From positions 1 through 33,578 of the forward strand of contig DAOUSU010000002.1 of NCBI GenBank assembly GCA_030627035.1: a DNA stretch of 33,578 bases, read 5' to 3'. A model generated the notes under the pieces. That model did no database searches, was not told the origin of the DNA, and saw only the letters and a list, made by a program, of their open reading frames with translations. The translations under genes and the position numbers were made by a program. The stretch comes from Hadesarchaea archaeon (GTDB taxonomy: Archaea; Hadarchaeota; Hadarchaeia; Hadarchaeales; Hadarchaeaceae). Positions 32,256 through 33,578 of the stretch are shown piece by piece (the first letter of the stretch is position 1; each line of letters begins with the position of its first letter).

Positions 32256-33029
32256 CTAACTTGGAGTTAGATCTCTTCTTATTTTATTAACCTCAAGGGC
32301 ATTGACAAAATCCGCATGTGGATGCAAACCGGGCCGATATTCGAGGCACGTTAGCCCCTTGAACATTTCTCGAATAACTTTCAGAACTGAGGTAAAGTCT
32401 ATGGCTCCTTGCCCCGGTGGCCTCGAGTTGGTGTCACGCAAATGCAGTTCCATAATTTCTGTTGCATATTCCCTGACGGTCTCGGCCACATTTTCCCCGT
32501 TGGCATGGATGTGCGCGGTGTCCGCCATCAAGCGTACATGATCCGAGCCCACATCGCGAACCAACTCGCAAACTTGGGATACGCTTGGAAGAAACGCGGT
32601 TCTCTCCCTGTCCAGCGCCTCAATGGAGATTACGACGTTGGACTCTGTGCCGAGCCTGCCAAAACGTTTGAATATCTCAACGCATTTCTCCCTAGGATTG
32701 TTAATCGTTGGTTTCCCATAGGTAGCTACCGTCACGACATTCTGGGCCCCAACTTTGGAGGCTATTTTTATCGTTTCCTCCACATGGCGTACTGCAACTT
32801 CCCGATCTCTATTCGCCGCGCTTAACATCCGCAAGTCATGCAGCAGATAGGCTTGAACAGACCTAATGGAGGTGCTAAAGCTCGGCAATATCTCCAGAAT
32901 ATACCTCAATCGTTTTTTGCTGATGTCCTTGTTCACCAATTCTAACCACATTTCGTGCGACTCCAACACCCTCAGTTTATCCTCTAGCGTATCCCCGGGA
33001 ACCGCGAATTCGACGCATCCTAGACCCAT
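32256..33029 (-). CDS. Sugar phosphate isomerase/epimerase (xylose isomerase-like TIM barrel)
   Basis: Alternating beta/alpha pattern with a VVISIEALD ... HVRLMADTAHIHANGE ... ELHLRD metal-ligand-like arrangement (E, D, H, E) typical of AP_endonuc_2/XylA-like TIM barrels. I prefer ATG 33029 to TTG 33083. Confidence 0.65.
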   Translation of the reverse strand: MGLGCVEFAVPGDTLEDKLRVLESHEMWLELVNKDISKKRLRYILEILPSFSTSIRSVQAYLLHDLRMLSAANRDREVAVRHVEETIKIASKVGAQNVVTVATYGKPTINNPREKCVEIFKRFGRLGTESNVVISIEALDRERTAFLPSVSQVCELVRDVGSDHVRLMADTAHIHANGENVAETVREYATEIMELHLRDTNSRPPGQGAIDFTSVLKVIREMFKGLTCLEYRPGLHPHADFVNALEVNKIRRDLTPS

Positions 33030-33104
33030 CCATCTCACCGGTGGTCTCTCGCCTATCCTTGAAATTTGGTAAAAACGCAACAACTCGATTAGCCCGTTTG
33101 CCGT

Positions 33105-33386
33105 TCAGTTAGTCTCTGGAGTCCCCTCATCCTGCTCCTGCTGTTCCGCTTCCGATGGCCCCTCTTGCTGCGGCTGCTCAGCCTCTTCCCGTGGCTCTTC
33201 CTTCTTCGAGACGAGTTCCAAGTAAAGCTTCTTCAGCTCCTCCTCTTTCTGCATTCGCGCCTCCTCCGACGGCTTTGGCATGCTTATGCTCTCCCCGGCC
33301 TCCCGGAGCCTCTGTTTGTACCTCGCCAGCCTCGCCATCTGCATGAGCTGCCTCGTCTTCACGGCCTGACTTTTCTTCCTTCCCAT
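33105..33386 (-). CDS. Hypothetical small protein with a basic N-terminus and an acidic Glu/Gln-rich tail
   Basis: 93 aa: MGRKKSQAVKTRQLMQMARLARYKQRLREAG...EEPREEAEQPQQEGPSEAEQQEQDEGTPETN. TATAATTA lies about 35 nt upstream. Shadow ORFs in three other frames overlap it. No family recognised. Confidence 0.45.
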   Translation of the reverse strand: MGRKKSQAVKTRQLMQMARLARYKQRLREAGESISMPKPSEEARMQKEEELKKLYLELVSKKEEPREEAEQPQQEGPSEAEQQEQDEGTPETN

Positions 33387-33578
33387 GTGGCCCCATTTTT
33401 TGTGGGTGCCTCATCCTAATTATACCCTTGCATGGAGGCCGTGCCTGTTATCGCATCCGCCTGGCACGATTAACCTCCAATGCTCAACCAATCGGAAACA
33501 CAACCGCTATTACTTACGGCGATTACAAGTCGGGATTGCTGCAGGGATAACGTCAGGAAATTGTTGGACGGACGCTTG

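Noticed and set aside
33430-33578. Possible edge-truncated genes at the right end. A plus-strand ATG at 33480 is open to the edge. Minus-strand frames enter from beyond 33578 and stop near 33512 or 33472.
   Set aside because: Only about 30 codons are visible in each frame, with no motifs. It cannot be decided from this window.

Overview
This looks like an archaeal chromosomal segment. The markers are TFE, the proteasome-activating nucleotidase PAN, split FO synthase CofG/CofH plus CofC, an archaeal-type mevalonate operon, a tRNA with bulge-helix-bulge introns, and C/D-box sRNA candidates. I support about 38 protein genes, 1 tRNA and 2 small-RNA candidates. Base composition is a mosaic. The left edge (1-1500) and a block at about 24600-28850 are clearly AT-richer than the GC-rich core. 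Hand counts of single 60-nt lines give 35% GC at 601-660, 68% at 1801-1860 and 37% at 26701-26760. Main gene content: F420 biosynthesis (cofH, cofG, cofC); pan; two large membrane-anchored transglutaminase-like proteins; hflX; tfe plus an HD-domain gene; an APC permease followed by a tightly packed trio (metallophosphoesterase, AbiEii/MenT-like nucleotidyltransferase, Trbp111/CsaA tRNA-binding protein); mvk with a UbiD-type decarboxylase and aconitase-X large and small subunits; a split MetE pair; a JAMM/MPN protease; an MptE-like kinase; an LsrF/DhnA-type aldolase; an SDR; a low-GC oxygen-detoxification operon (flavin reductase, rubredoxin, PAS_10-like protein, flavodiiron FprA, desulfoferrodoxin, rubrerythrin); a Zn-ADH; and a NatAB-like ABC-2 exporter. 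Items the ORF track does not explain: (1) tRNA-Val(CAC) at 10172-10289 with two BHB introns, one at a non-canonical D-arm site; (2) two paralogous C/D-box sRNA candidates downstream of pan whose shared guide matches the universal 16S decoding-centre sequence; (3) a roughly 492-codon AT-rich ORF that runs off the left edge and is absent from the track; (4) the phosphoesterase/nucleotidyltransferase/tRNA-binding trio, a candidate tRNA-directed module of unknown function; (5) a GC-rich structured intergenic block; (6) a perfect 18-bp tandem duplication; (7) a transmembrane-helix coding frame continuing past the TGA stop of the ABC-2 permease. All functional calls rest on motifs and remembered family signatures. 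No database search was possible.
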